This document shows, one piece after another, positions 1 through 12,688 of a stretch of 64,000 nucleotides of DNA; positions within the stretch are counted from its first letter, which is position 1; each line of letters begins with the position of its first letter. Position numbers and translations under genes: made by a program. Where the stretch lies: positions 22,816,001 to 22,880,000 of the forward strand of contig OX597814.1 in assembly GCA_951406725.2 (NCBI GenBank). The letters are read 5' to 3'. The stretch comes from Octopus vulgaris (lineage: Eukaryota). The notes beneath the pieces were generated by a model that was not told the origin of the DNA, made no database searches, and saw only the letters and a program-made list of their open reading frames with translations.

Positions 1-363
1 GTAAGTTACATCACTTACTCAGGCTGTTTCATTGATTCAGACTACCTAATTGATTCTTAAGTCTGATGGCTTAGGCCAGCTACTTCATTGACTCCTACTA
101 CTTCACTGAGTTTGGCTACTTCATTAACTTCGGCTGCTTCCTTGACTTAGGTTCCTATGATGGCTCAAGCTACCTCACTAAGTCAGGCTACTTCATTGGC
201 TCAGGTTCCCTTCATGACTCAGGCTATTCCATTTACTTGAGCTCTCTTGGTAGCTCAGACTACCTCATTGACTCAGGATCCCTTAGTGGTTGAGATTAGC
301 TCATTGACTCATGCTCTTTCATTGATCCAGAATGTTATTAACTTAGGATACCTCAGTGCCTCA
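1..363. repeat. Degenerate ~18-bp minisatellite (consensus approx. GGCTACTTCATTGACTCA)
   Basis: Recurring variants such as gctacttcattgactc, ggctacttcattggctcagg and actacctcattgactcagg at ~18-bp spacing; stop codons interrupt the frames checked. Confidence 0.75.
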
Positions 364-2129
364 ATTATTTGAATATATTAGGTACTGATAAAATATTCAA
401 ATATTTGCACTCATATTCAAAATCTATAATTTTTCTAATGTTCTCATAAAATGACAGTCCATTAATAATTCTAAACTCTGGTGGTGTTATCTATAAATTG
501 ATCAAATTTTGGAAATTATATTTTTAATTTTGTAGAGTAGATAAGTTTGAGCTAATGACTTTTGGAGAATCTTTGAAATTAGTATGGTCATGGTAGTTAA
601 TGCCATTGATTTTCAGCCAGAATTTGTATAGTTTGGTGCTCATGAAATGCCTGGTCATGAAGCAGAAAGGGAGGATATGTAAACTTGTGAAAATACAGTA
701 TGATACCAGCTTGTTCGTTACACTGACAACAAATAGAAATCTATCCACAAACAGCAATGACACTAAAATATGGCAAGAACCCAGCAGGTTGATGTTTATT
801 TAGAATTCCTGAAATCAAATAGTTATAACTGCAAATATATTCGGGAAGCTGCAGAAAAACTATGGAAAAGCCCCACAAATTAATCCAGTTAACAGTTATC
901 ACTGTTATGCTGGAGGGAAAAATTTCACAAGACTGTAGTCCTGGGAAAGGGTAAGGTGGTTAGTGCGGTGCTTCATAAAATGAATTAGTAGTGATGAGAT
1001 GAGGAGTGACAAATACATCAGGTAAGATGATTGGATATGGTAGACAGTCTGTTTATTCAGAAGAACAGAAGCTTCTTGTGGCAATAGTAAAAAGAAGCAG
1101 AGATACAGGAAACAATGCCTCTGAGAGTCAGCGTTTGTAATGTATTGGTGAGCAAATTGCTGCCAATTGGTAAAGTTTTTATTTCTTTTATTGATATAGT
1201 CAGTGATATTAATGTGTCAGTAGTGCTACTCAAATATAAATATTTATTAATTTCCATTTATCCCACCAGAATTATTTACAAGATCATTAAGTTTGGAGGC
1301 ATGATTCTATGAATCATTTGTTTCCAAACAACACACTGCTTTAACATGACAGAATCCTTATAAGAGATGACAGTATTTCCAGTTGATAAATGAATTAGTA
1401 GTGAAGTGGAAGTGGTTTATCCTAAGGCATGTGTTTGTGCAAGTATTTAGCTGTACTATTTAGCAGCCAAAATTATAATGAAGTAATGATTAAATGTAGA
1501 AGAACATTTTCTATAATCTGTGTGTCTTTAAATATATCCAGCTGGATGTGTAAATTTATCAGAAAACAGTATGCTACCAGTTTCTTCATTATGCCCACAA
1601 TAAATAGAAACCTATCCACAAACAAACATTGTTGCTATAATATGGCAAGAACCCAGCTGGCTAATGTGTGTTTAGAATTCTTGGTAGTTATAACTATCAA
1701 CATAAGAAGGAAGATAACGAAAAACATTTCCCAGTTTTGGAAGATCCCCAAAATTAATCAAGTTAACAATTATGTTATGTTATAAAATGGTAAAGAGATG
1801 TACAGTAGATTAGTAACAATAGTAATAAGTAAAAGAAATGGGAAAGAATTCTCAGAGTGTTACAGAAAGAAACTATAGAACATTATTGATAAGAAAGAAA
1901 CGTGTTATAGAATGGATTAAGAAATAAAGTGTGCTGAAAATTGAGGAATGAAAAGATAGTTACAAACTATCTTGAAGTTGTTGAGATATTTAATATACTT
2001 GAAATACTAAAACCAAGAAAATCTATTAATCAAAAATAATTACCATAACATTCTTAGTTTATATTCTACCTCTTAAGAAACAATGTTATTAGATTCCTGT
2101 ATTATAGACAGAATTTGAAAGAAGTCCTA

Positions 2130-2358
2130 CTGTGTGTGTGTGTATGTGTTTGTGCATCTGTGTGTTTCCCACCACTGCTTGACAACCAGTGTTAGTGTGT
2201 TTCTGTCCCCATAACTTTCTGGTTTGGCAAAAGGACTGATGGAAAAATATCAGGTTTAAAAAATTAAGTATTGGTGTTGATTCGCTCAACAAAAATTCTT
2301 CAAGGCAATGCCCCAACATAACTGCAGTTTAATGACTGGAATAAGTAAAAAGATAAAA
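2130..2358 (+). mobile_element. SINE family A, 3' half (degenerate)
   Basis: Matches the 3' half of the full copy at 10391-10848 (ttgacaacc...gtgttt...gtcccc...ggcaaaag...cagt..aatgactg.aa.aagtaaaa). Confidence 0.75.
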
Positions 2359-2868
2359 CGTCAAGAGATATATGTATAGAAGTAGAAAAAAAAATGTATG
2401 TAAATATAGAACCATTTAATAACACACAAAGCTATTTAGATTTATTTCATGAGCCATCACTGACAAAGTTCCACTGCCATGAAACTGTGTTAGCAAACAG
2501 GTCACAGTTGTCCTATGAAATTTTGATGCCTCATGAAATAAATTTAAAGAGAATTTTACAACTTTGTGTGTTATTAAACAACTGTTCCATGATGTAGTTG
2601 CTTCAGTTTCAACAGACAGTCTCAGATCAATTCACTCGCTAGACTATTACAACTCAAAAAGTAAATAAAGATATTAATATTAAGTATTTTCAAGAGCAGT
2701 GGATAGCAGAATCCTTAGACTGACAAGCCTTCTGCTTTCTAGTTACAGAGTATAAATCCTGCCAAGGATGAATTTGCTTTTCATCTTTCTGAGGTTAATA
2801 AAATCAAGAGCAGTCAAGTATTGAATCAATTAAATCAACTACTACATTCCCACCACCACCACCACCTA

Positions 2869-3090
<222 letters not shown>

Positions 3091-3091
<1 letters not shown>

Positions 3092-3690
3092 GCATGGGAA
3101 AGGAAAATGTATGTAAACTTGGAAAAGAAAATAATCATAACAAAAAATAAAACAGGACACTTTGGAAATAAAGATAATCTCAAGCAGAGCATAGCAGCAG
3201 CAAAAACTTGTTACATAAAATGGTGTGAAAAATGTGAATACTTCCTCCAAGAAAATATAGAATTTGGAGTAAATACTAATAAGAACAGGCAAAAATATCA
3301 ACAAAAATAAGACACAATAGTAAATAGTGATTCAACAATATCAGAAATTCAGAAATACTGAGCAGAAAAGACAAATGAAACAAAAGTAGATAAGAAGAGA
3401 AGAAAGCTCAATAGCATCACAGATGTGGCCTACCCACACTATTAAGGAAATCCCTGACACATTGCAAACTGCTAGAAATTGAAAAATATGAGAAGCAGAC
3501 ATGGTCTCCAACTTCCAACTTAAACTTACCAGTACCCATGAACATATAGTAGAAGAATTTAGTTAAATGTTAAGAAGATCAGAATCAACACCTGACTGGA
3601 ATTCTAGAATGAAAAATTATTTGAACACCCCAAAATATAAACACCATACAACCACAAAATTATAGGCTTATGAGATGCCTCCAGACAAGA
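3091..3690 (+). mobile_element. Degenerate R4/Dong-clade non-LTR retrotransposon fragment
   Basis: Conceptual translation with stops (AWERK..LEKKI; ARN*K..EADMVSNFQLKLTSTHEHIVEEFS*ML...PDW; P.NYR) resembles the NWKxPGxDxIxNFWLK...PxWL...PxNYRPI region upstream of R4-type RTs. It abuts (TAA)n. Confidence 0.5.
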
Positions 3691-4255
3691 AAAATATCAA
3701 GCCCTCAAGAACAGCTAGTTACATATCTGGAAAGCAATATGGATTTACCAGAATAGTCTTGTCAAATTAGCAGGTTTTGTCAAAACATCTGTGAGATCTA
3801 CATGGAGTAGGGTGTAGATGTTTTCGAGAAACAACATGACCTTCTGCTGTTCAAGGTCGAAGATAAACCTATATCACAGCAAGAAACTCAAAAGAGGGCA
3901 ACAATATCGAACTCCTTCCTTCAACCAAAGCCATTCACAAAAGAAAGGTCATTGAAAAGGTGAAGAGCATTGCCAATGTCCCAGCAGGGCAATAGCTTTT
4001 GTGCTGGAGTGCATAAAAGAATAAAAGAATAAATACAGCCATGTTAGTATAACATTTTAGTGATGCATATTACTATATATATGTATATATGTGAGAAAAT
4101 AGCTCGAGGCCCTTCCTAATATCAATCACTTAACACAGTGTACTGGGTACACTTTTTGTGGCATTACCACTAGTGATGACTGTATGACATCTTGCAAGTC
4201 TAAGATCCAAAAGTGGCCTCTATAATTCAAAGAGAATAGAAGAGAATGTGCGAAA

Positions 4256-4490
4256 GGGCGGCGAGCTGGCAGAAACATTAACACGCTGGGTGAAATGCTT
4301 AGCGGTATTTCGTATGCAGTTATGTTCTGAGTTCAAATTCCGCTGAGGATGACTTTGCCTTTCATCCTTTTGGGATCGATAAATTAAGTACCAGTTACGA
4401 ACTGGGGTCGATATAATCGACTTAAACCCTTTGTTTGTCCTTGTTTTTCCCCTCTATGTTTAGCCCCTTGTGGGCAATAAAGAAATAAGA
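4256..4490 (+). mobile_element. SINE family B (tRNA-like head, Meta-like central domain)
   Basis: ggcggcgagctggcagaa...gagttcaaattcc (B-box-like)...gactttgcctttcatcctt..gg.tcgataaattaagtaccagtt...gggcaataaagaaata; imperfect TSD agaatgt. Confidence 0.85.
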
Positions 4491-5317
4491 ATGTATGATA
4501 GTCAGTGGTGGAGCAATGCAATGAGAGAGTGGTAAGTAAGAAGGAAGGGTGAGGAGAATGACAAGGGAGAGGAGAGAGATTAGTGACAAGCTTAAAGGAA
4601 AAGGGATGAATAGAGTTAGAAGGGTGAGAGTGTGGGTTGTGTAAAGGGAGTCTTTAGGGTTATGGAACATAATAAGTAGTAAGTATGGATAGAAAGTATG
4701 AGGGAAAGGGTGACTTGAAGAGAGTAATAGGCTAGAGTGGTAAGGAATCCTGAGTGAGTTATTAAAAGAAAGGGAAGAGTGGTGGGGTTGTGCTGGTGGT
4801 AGGTCAGAGTGGAAGTGTTGAGAAATGGTGTTGGGTGTTGGAAAAGCTGGGAAACTATCGGGGAGAGGCTGTGAGAATAAAAGGGGGCAGAGAAAGGGAG
4901 GTGAGAATTAGATACTGTAGGAAAAAAAGGAAGAACAGAGTGTAAATGTCACAAAAACACCATAGATGAGGAGGCAATGGAGAAGAAGGGGAGAGAGCGA
5001 GATGGAGGTAGAAGGGATATAGTGGATGGGTGCAGCAACAGCAAGAAAGGCAAGAGGGTATTCCAGAGGTGTAAGGGTGGCTAGCAGAATAAAAGTAAGA
5101 GGAAGTGTTGGGTGTCAAGAGAGGTAACTCAAGAGAGAGAAAGAGAGAGAGGGAGGAAGAGAGAGAGGAAGGGAGAGAGAGAGAAAGAAAGAGATCCATT
5201 TTCCAGGCACGCTAAAGGATTCAGAGATAGGATGCTTCAAGGTGCTATAATAACAACATCTAAGTATGTAGATATGTATACATGTATGCATGCATTTATG
5301 TATACATATATGTATGC

Positions 5318-5318
<1 letters not shown>

Positions 5319-5348
<30 letters not shown>

Positions 5349-5398
5349 CATACATACATACATACATACATACATACATACATACATACATACATACA

Positions 5399-5427
<29 letters not shown>
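5319..5427. repeat. (ATAG)n/(ATAC)n microsatellite
   Basis: Directly visible. Confidence 0.95.
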
Positions 5428-5429
<2 letters not shown>

Positions 5430-5764
5430 GTATGCATTTATACATGTAAGCATGTAATTGTTGAAATTGCTATTATTAGAACAAAAAAACAATCACTAAA
5501 ATTTTCCAGTATTTTTCAAAACACTGAAAATAAAATATTAATTCAAAAGAGAATTTTATTGAATTTTTTCTTTTGAATAATTTGCATAATTGCTTTATAT
5601 GCAAATTACAAAGTTTACCTGCATTTTGTAAAATATTAATACTTTGAAATTTACTTGTCACTTTTAAAGATTTCAGAAAATAAAATAAGATAAATAATTT
5701 CTTGGAAGTCCATCAGTCAGTCAGTAACCACAACTAAATGTATGAGTCTTGGAGGTTATATTTT

Positions 5765-5960
5765 TAATTTTTATCTTTTACATGTTTCAGTCATCTGGCT
5801 ATGGCCATGCTGGGGCACCGTCTTGAAGGGTTTAGCTGAACAAATCGACCTCTTAACTGATTTTTTTATAAGCCTGATACTTTGATTGCATGTATGTAAG
5901 CAAACCAATACCAGTAGTCAAGCAGTGATGGGGACAAATGCAAACACAAAGACAGACACA
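5765..5960 (-). mobile_element. SINE family A, 3' half
   Basis: Reverse complement of the family A tail (tttcagtcat...ggccatgctgg.gcacc). Confidence 0.75.
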
Positions 5961-6105
5961 TATAGATATATACATACATAGTGCCATATAAAAATTACCC
6001 ATGCCAGTGGCTGCATAAAAACCATCTGTGCTGATACCACATAAAAGACACCTGTGTCGGTGCCGTGTAAAAGGGAAATAATGCTGGTGTCACACATAAA
6101 GCACC

Positions 6106-7141
6106 CAGCTCCGTTGCATGATTTTCAGAGGCCCCCTGCAACTTTTTGTTTCGAGGCCATATCCCTTCAATCAAAATTCATAATCTATGCACCTTTTATT
6201 GACAACTGTATTTTACTTTATTCTCTCTGAAATTCAATATTTCATGTTATCCTAAAGAACATCTTTAAAAGTACAAGTTAAATTTATTTAGGTCTATTAC
6301 AAATTTCAATAGGTAAAACTTCCAGATATGAATAAAAGAGCACTTTTATAATCCAGGCAACTTTCAAAGACAAACACAGTGCTCTTTATGCTTTGCAAAA
6401 TCATTGATCAGTTCAAAATAATCAAGCTGAGAGCTAAGCTCGTGTTCAATAGATGTCATAGACAATTTACAAAGTCTTGTACACATCTATAGTACAACTT
6501 TTTTACTCTTTTACTTGTTTCAGTCATTTCACTGCGGCCATGCTGGAGCACCAACTTTAGTCAAGGAAATCGACCCCAGGACTTATACTTTGTAAGCCTA
6601 GTACTTATTCTATCGGTCTCTTTTTGCCGAACCGCTAAGTTACGGGGACATAAACAGACTAGCATTGGTTGTCAAGCGATGTGAGGGGGGGGGCAAATAC
6701 AGACACATAAACACACACACATATATATATACATATACATATATACGACGGAATTCTTTCAGTTTCTGTCTACCAAATCCACTCACAAGGCTTTGGTCGG
6801 CCCAAGGCTATAGTAGGAGACACTTGCCCAAGTTTCCACACAGTGGGACTGAACCCAGAAGCATGTGGTTGGTAAGCAAGCTACTTACCACACAGCCACT
6901 TCTGCACCTATGTAAAAATATTACAATGTGATATTTTTACAAGAACTTTGCAGGTATGTTGTATTACCATTTTATTTCTTGAAATTTGCTGTTAACACAG
7001 GTAGTTTAATTCTCATTCAACATCTTAACTGAAGTAAATAGGTGGCTCATCTATGTACTTCGATCTTAACATATGGCCCCCTCAATTGTGGGTGGCCCCC
7101 TGTGTGACTGCAGGGATTGCATGAGCTTAGTGGCGGCCCTG
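6106..7141 (-). mobile_element. Non-autonomous hAT DNA transposon relic with 8-bp TSD
   Basis: TSD AAAGCACC at 6098-6105 and 7142-7149; ends CAGCTCCG and CGGCCCTG. Minus-strand translation at ~6390-6480 (TRLCKLSMTSIEHELSSQLDYFELINDFAKHK) resembles the hAT transposase C-terminus. Confidence 0.75.
6501..6910 (-). mobile_element. SINE family A, full length, inserted inside the hAT relic
   Basis: Reverse complement of the 10391-10848 copy, including the tRNA-like head and gggcaagtg CORE-like motif. Confidence 0.9.
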
Positions 7142-7372
7142 AAAGCACCCATGCTAGTGCCATGCAATGGCACTGGTGCTGGTTCCATGTAAAAAGCACC
7201 TAGATTACTCTCTTAAGTGGTTGGCATTAGGAAAGGCATTCAGTCTTAGAAACCATGTCAAATCGGACAATTGGAATCTGGTGGAGCTCTCCAGCCGGCC
7301 AGCACTTGTTGAACCATCCAAATCATGCCAGAAAAGAAAACAGTCATTAAATGATCATAATAATGTTGATGA

Positions 7373-7375
<3 letters not shown>
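7142..7375 (+). mobile_element. SINE-like family C, 3' part (5' part at ~5980-6105)
   Basis: aaaaagcacc...gtggttggcattaggaa.ggcat.cag...catgc..g.aaa...ttaaatgat tail. Confidence 0.75.
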
Positions 7376-7418
<43 letters not shown>

Positions 7419-7679
7419 TAATATAATAACGGGCATAGTGTTTTTATATATTTGTCCATCCAGAATCACATCGGATGCAGAGGAGGAGAGAAAAAGGTAA
7501 TTCAGTGAAGAAGAAGTAGTGAGAGTAATAGGCCTGACTGAGTGGAAGTGAAAGTAACAGCAATGAGAGAAAGGAAGAGGTGATAGATGAATAAGGAAGG
7601 AAAAAGTGAAAAACAATCAGCATTTCAACTCTGTGTGAGTATGTGTATGTGTGTGTGTACAAGTATTTTTCATCAAGCA

Positions 7680-8796
7680 TATGTCAAGGTGTACTTAATG
7701 TAGTTTTTAATGCTGATTTCAAATATGCAATTAGTTTTTTGGCATCATGTACAGTTTTCAAGATGAGAAGGTTTTTTGGTTTTAGCTCATGCATTATAAA
7801 GAAATTTCAAGTAATGACATGTGTGCATGTATTTCATTTACATCATGGAAACATACCTTTAAAATAAACTACATTATTCATTGCTGCATAGTTCAGATGC
7901 AATATTCCATCATCTTAAATTAACCAATCAAGTTTTGTCTGATGAATTAGGTACCAACATCTCAAATTGTCCAGTCGTAATTGGTCTGGTGAAATATTTC
8001 ATTATCTCAAATTCAGTATAACTAGGGAAGAGAAATACCAGAGAGCTTGGTTATATTGTACAAAAGTTTCCCAAAATCATACAGGCAAAGTTGAATGAGG
8101 GTATCTCTGTCAGACCCCAAATTAGAGATGTACGCAAAGATGTCAACTACAAGACGACACTGGATGAACTGGAACTGCCTGCCTTGTATGCTTTCAACTG
8201 GATCTGTGAGAATTTCTTCAGCAACAAAAAGGCAATGGGCTACAAGGATGGCATCAAAATCTTCTGAAATATTACTCAGCAATGAGTTGTTGCATGTCAC
8301 TGAAAGTCCACTTGTTGGACTCCCATCTGGATTTCTTTGCAGATAACCTTGAAGCAGAGTCTAATGAACATGGTGAAAGACTTCACCTAGACATTAGTGC
8401 TATGGAGAAATGCCAAGGCTTCTGGAATGATAGTATGCTGGTTGACTATTGCTGGACACTTTACTATGATCAACCAGATCAGGAACAAACAGGAAATACA
8501 AATCACAATGTTTCTAATTCAATTGTTCTAACATTGTTTTGTCTGACCCATTTTTTGTGTCGAATGATAGGGATGATTTTCAAGTCAATAAACTCATTTA
8601 CTTTCTAAAAATTATGTGCCTTACGCTAATTATTTCATATATACAAATATGTAAATATTTGCATGTATCTATTGAAAAACTGATACATGTTGCATACAAA
8701 TGGAGTGAAATTTTGAAATCAGCATAAAAAATTAGTCTAAAAATGTTGGTTTGCATTCATAATGAGTATAATACATTTAATCTTTGTTGACCAGTG
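7680..8796 (+). mobile_element. Chapaev3-like (CMC) DNA transposon relic
   Basis: Translations KFPKIIQAKLNEGISVRPQIRD (8063-8130) and MSLKVHLLDSHLDFFADNLEAESNEHGERLHLDISAMEK..QG.W..SML.DYCWTL (8282-8470) match the conserved C-terminus of this transposase group. Right end tttgttgaccagtg|tta; subterminal atgctgatttcaaa is inverted between ~7710 and ~8715. Confidence 0.7.
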
Positions 8797-9112
8797 TTAT
8801 TATGTGCCTAATTTTGTACCTTATATATATATAAAATTCTACAATTAGCTGTCATTATTGATGGCACGTAGTCAGCTGGTATCATATAAGTATGGTGATG
8901 CAAACAGGAAAATTAAAACTCAAAATATGAGTATTCTTTTATTCCTTTATTTGTTTCAGTTATTGGGTAAAAAATTTAAACACAAGGCGATCAAACTATG
9001 TGCCTCTTGTTTATACATCCTAATTCTTTCAAAATCTACTATGCAGATGCAGCCCTTTGCCGGCAATAAAAAATACTAACTTTTAAAACCGAAGATTAAT
9101 CAAACATTTACA

Positions 9113-9592
9113 ATACTTATTCATATCAAAGGGAAATGGAAATTAATTAAAATTCTCATTTCCAGTGAAGGGTTGCATCTGTGCAGTAGATTTTGAAAAA
9201 ATTAGGATGTATAAACAAGAGGCACATAGTTTGATCGCCTCTGTTTTTATATATTTAATGCAAGGTGTTCCTGCTGAGGACGATTTCACCTACCGAGTAT
9301 ATGTTATTTACTTGCTAAACTAAAATCAGAAACCAATTGGTCCAGGAAACTAGATGGTAAAATGTTTTTTATTTTCATTTTGTTCCTGTTGAATTTTATC
9401 CCTGATTTTGTTGTTTTAGAACCTTGCTGTTCTTTCTAGCGTGAGGAATACCATGAGTGGATTCCTCATGTGTTTAAATGTACACTGTATTTTATGACTA
9501 ATACATAGTCTTTTGACTAAAGTTTTACACGTTAGGCCACTGGAAATGAAAATTTTAATTAATTTCCATTTCCCTTTGATACGATTAAGTAT
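9113..9592 (+). mobile_element. HHR-bearing non-coding element (Penelope-like pLTR/retrozyme-type), copy 1
   Basis: 9113-9167 is inverted at 9538-9592, and 8985-9057 is inverted at 9168-9240. Central HHR; sequence downstream of the HHR is colinear with 18010-18146; ends in (TA)n. Confidence 0.6.
9268..9348 (+). ncRNA. Type I hammerhead ribozyme motif, canonical core
   Basis: Helix I TTCCTG(9268-73)/CAGGAA(9343-48); core CTGAGGA (9274-80); helix II GATTT/AAATC with inner CGAGTA/TACTTG; GAAA (9329-32); palindromic helix III ACCAATTGGT; GUC site (C9342). The first helix II pair is a C-A mismatch. Confidence 0.8.
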
Positions 9593-10390
9593 ATATATAT
9601 ATTGATAAATAAATGGATAGGTGGATAGATAGATACATAAGAAAATGAACATTTTGTCTGTCTGCAATAATTTAGTATAAAAAGCTTATACACACAAACA
9701 CACACATGCAATCATACAGACACATACATAATCATCAGTGCATATGTGTGGATGCACACACTCACCCAAACACACACACATGCACACACATGCACTTGCG
9801 CACACACATGCACATGCACACACACACATACACACACACACACAAACATACTTGCTGAAAATGAGTCGAACAATAATAGAAAGAAATATGTTCTTACACT
9901 AATCTGTTTTCCAGAATATTCCATTTTGAAAAAAATAAAAAAATTAAGCATGAAATAAAGAAACGTATTGCATGGAGGAAAGTAATTAAGAATTGCACAA
10001 AGTATAAGTTTAAGACAGTTTTTTTTTAGATATGGTAATTTTATTGGAATACCATTAATTCTATGCTAATTCAGCAAGACTAATATATTGTTCAGTAGCA
10101 AAAATTTCTTTCCATTAAATATTTCAACTCTTAATTAAAATATGTATCATTCTAATTAACAGTTGTTATTAATACAACACTCATATATTCTGTAAAATTA
10201 TATGCTATATCAACATATTGATGGACTCTCTCTGCGCTTGATAACAAAGGTTATGATGTAACAGCAGACAACCAGAGAGATAGGACCCTTACTACAGATT
10301 GAGTGTGATTGCTTTTACCATCACATTTTCCATTTGGCTATTAATACCAAATGTACATCAAAGCAAATCACAGATATAATCTTAAACATA

Positions 10391-10848
10391 GGCGTAGGAA
10401 TGGCTGTGTGGTAAGTAGCTATAGGCGTAGGAGTGGCTGTGTGGTAAGTAGCTTGTTTTACCAACCACATTGGTTCCGGGGTTCAGTCCCACTGTGTGGC
10501 ACCTTGGGCAAGTGTCTTCTACTATTGCCTTGGGACAACCAAAGCCTTGTGAGTGGATTTGGTAGACGGAAACTGAAAGAAGCCCATCGTATATATGTAT
10601 GTATATATATATGTATGCGTGTGTATATGTTTGTGTGTCTGTGTTTGTTCCCCCAACATTGCTTGACAACCGATGCTGGTGTGTTTACATCGCTGTAACT
10701 TAGCATTTCGGTAAAAGAGACCGATAGAATAAGCATTAGGCTTACAAAGAATAAGTCCTGGGGTCAATTTGCTCGACTAAAGGCAGTGCTCCAGCATGGC
10801 CACAGTCAAATGACTGAAACAAGTAAAAGAGTAAAACAAGTAAAAGAG
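10391..10848 (+). mobile_element. SINE family A, full length with duplicated 5' head
   Basis: ggcgtaggagtggctgtgtggtaag (A-box-like, present twice), gggttcagtccc (B-box-like), ccttgggcaagtg CORE-like motif, internal (TA/TG)n, (AGTAAA) tail. Confidence 0.9.
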
Positions 10849-11462
10849 TATACAATGTAATACAGCTACACTACTGATTTTCCAACATCCCAGGTTCCAA
10901 AACCTTGACTGATTAACAGTTTTGCAGAACCATTTTTGGTCATGTAATTATATTTCATCGACACACCTCCAACCTCTTAACCAATGCAGCTACTTTATCT
11001 TGGTTTGATTTGGAGTAGTCCTTACATTTAATTGATGCTCTTAGTTCTCTAGCCTGTAGTGGCTACAGCTAATAATAACCTTAAGCTGAACAAGCAGGAG
11101 ATATCTCAAAATTTTGGTATCACTACTAACAAATTTAGTGTAAATAATGCATGTTAAATGCATGGTTTATACAGTACCTTCTGTAGCCATGCAGTGAAGT
11201 AGACTGGTAGCCATAGGAATGTGAAGTTCCCCCTTGTAATTTACCTGGATTAAAGGAGGTGACAGACTGCTAGAAAATTAGTGCTGTACTGATATATGTG
11301 ATCTTGATTTAACATCAAACCAGTTGCTGTCATAGTTGAGATTTTTTTAACAAGTCTACCCTTTTTTTTTTTGCTAGACTAAGGCAGAATACATGACTTT
11401 TTATGAAGCAATTTTTTGGAAATTTTCCTAAATAATACCTGCCTATTACGATTTACCCTATT

Positions 11463-11562
11463 NNNNNNNNNNNNNNNNNNNNNNNNNNNNNNNNNNNNNN
11501 NNNNNNNNNNNNNNNNNNNNNNNNNNNNNNNNNNNNNNNNNNNNNNNNNNNNNNNNNNNNNN
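11463..11562. other. Assembly gap (100 N)
   Basis: Run of Ns. Confidence 0.99.
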
Positions 11563-12576
11563 ACCCTATTACCAGATAATTGTTAGCTATATGTTGGGTT
11601 CATTTGTCCTTTGACATATCTTGCTTTTTCCCCTGATGGCTTTCTGGCAGCCTTCCTCATCAGATTATTCTTGTTAAGGTGTCAGTTTTATTGCCAATGA
11701 CCCAAATCTGTAACAGGTTGTGAAAGATTATATATTATCATTAGCACACAGAGTGACTTTCCATGTATATCATGACTTGCTATATATATTATGCATGTGT
11801 ATATACAACAATGTATACATTAATTAATTGTATGTATATATCAAGAATGACATTTTTGCCTTGTTATTAAACAATTTGGAGCCAATAACACAAGAACATG
11901 TGTGTTTGACAACTGAAAGAATGTGATTTTATCTGAGTTTGGTCTCATCAACTTTGGTGCAGATAAAACTATATGTATCTTCTAAACTTAACTTCTTATG
12001 TCATCATCATCATCATCATCATTTAATGTATGTCTTCTATGCTGACATGGATAGGATGGTTTGATCAGTGTTGGCAAGCTGGAGAGCTGCACCAGGTACC
12101 AGTGTTATTTCACATAAAAATAAATCATCTGATGACACAAATTTAACAATTAAAGTTCAAAGGCAAATATTTCAAATAAGTACTGGTATAACCATGTAGT
12201 CATAGAATTTACTTTTGCTACCTCATAATTTCATATTTGACCTCACTGTACCACACCTTTGTCTAATATATGTTAGTATATATGTTAGTATAGACATGAG
12301 TTAACCAACACTTTGTAACGAATAAGTGGAAATCCTGTGAAAGAATATCATATACTAAATATAATGCATATTCTTGATTTTAGGATCAGTCGACCATATT
12401 TCTGCATGGTGTAAGGAGACAAATAAAAAGTTAAATTCAGGAAAGGCATCTGACTATAAAGTTCTGCCTCAAAAGATTCATTTCCAACCTATTCTAGCAG
12501 GGGAAAGCACACCCAAAAATAATGAAGGTGAAGATATACATACTTATGTATGTATATGTGTGTGTGTGTGTGTGTG

Positions 12577-12622
<46 letters not shown>

Positions 12623-12640
12623 TAGATATATATATACATG

Positions 12641-12686
<46 letters not shown>

Positions 12687-12688
<2 letters not shown>

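Noticed and set aside
1-6. GTAAGT splice donor at the window start
   Set aside because: No upstream context, and it falls within the minisatellite.
10391-10495. tRNA gene
   Set aside because: A/B-box-like head of a SINE with no complete cloverleaf; the same applies to the other SINE heads.
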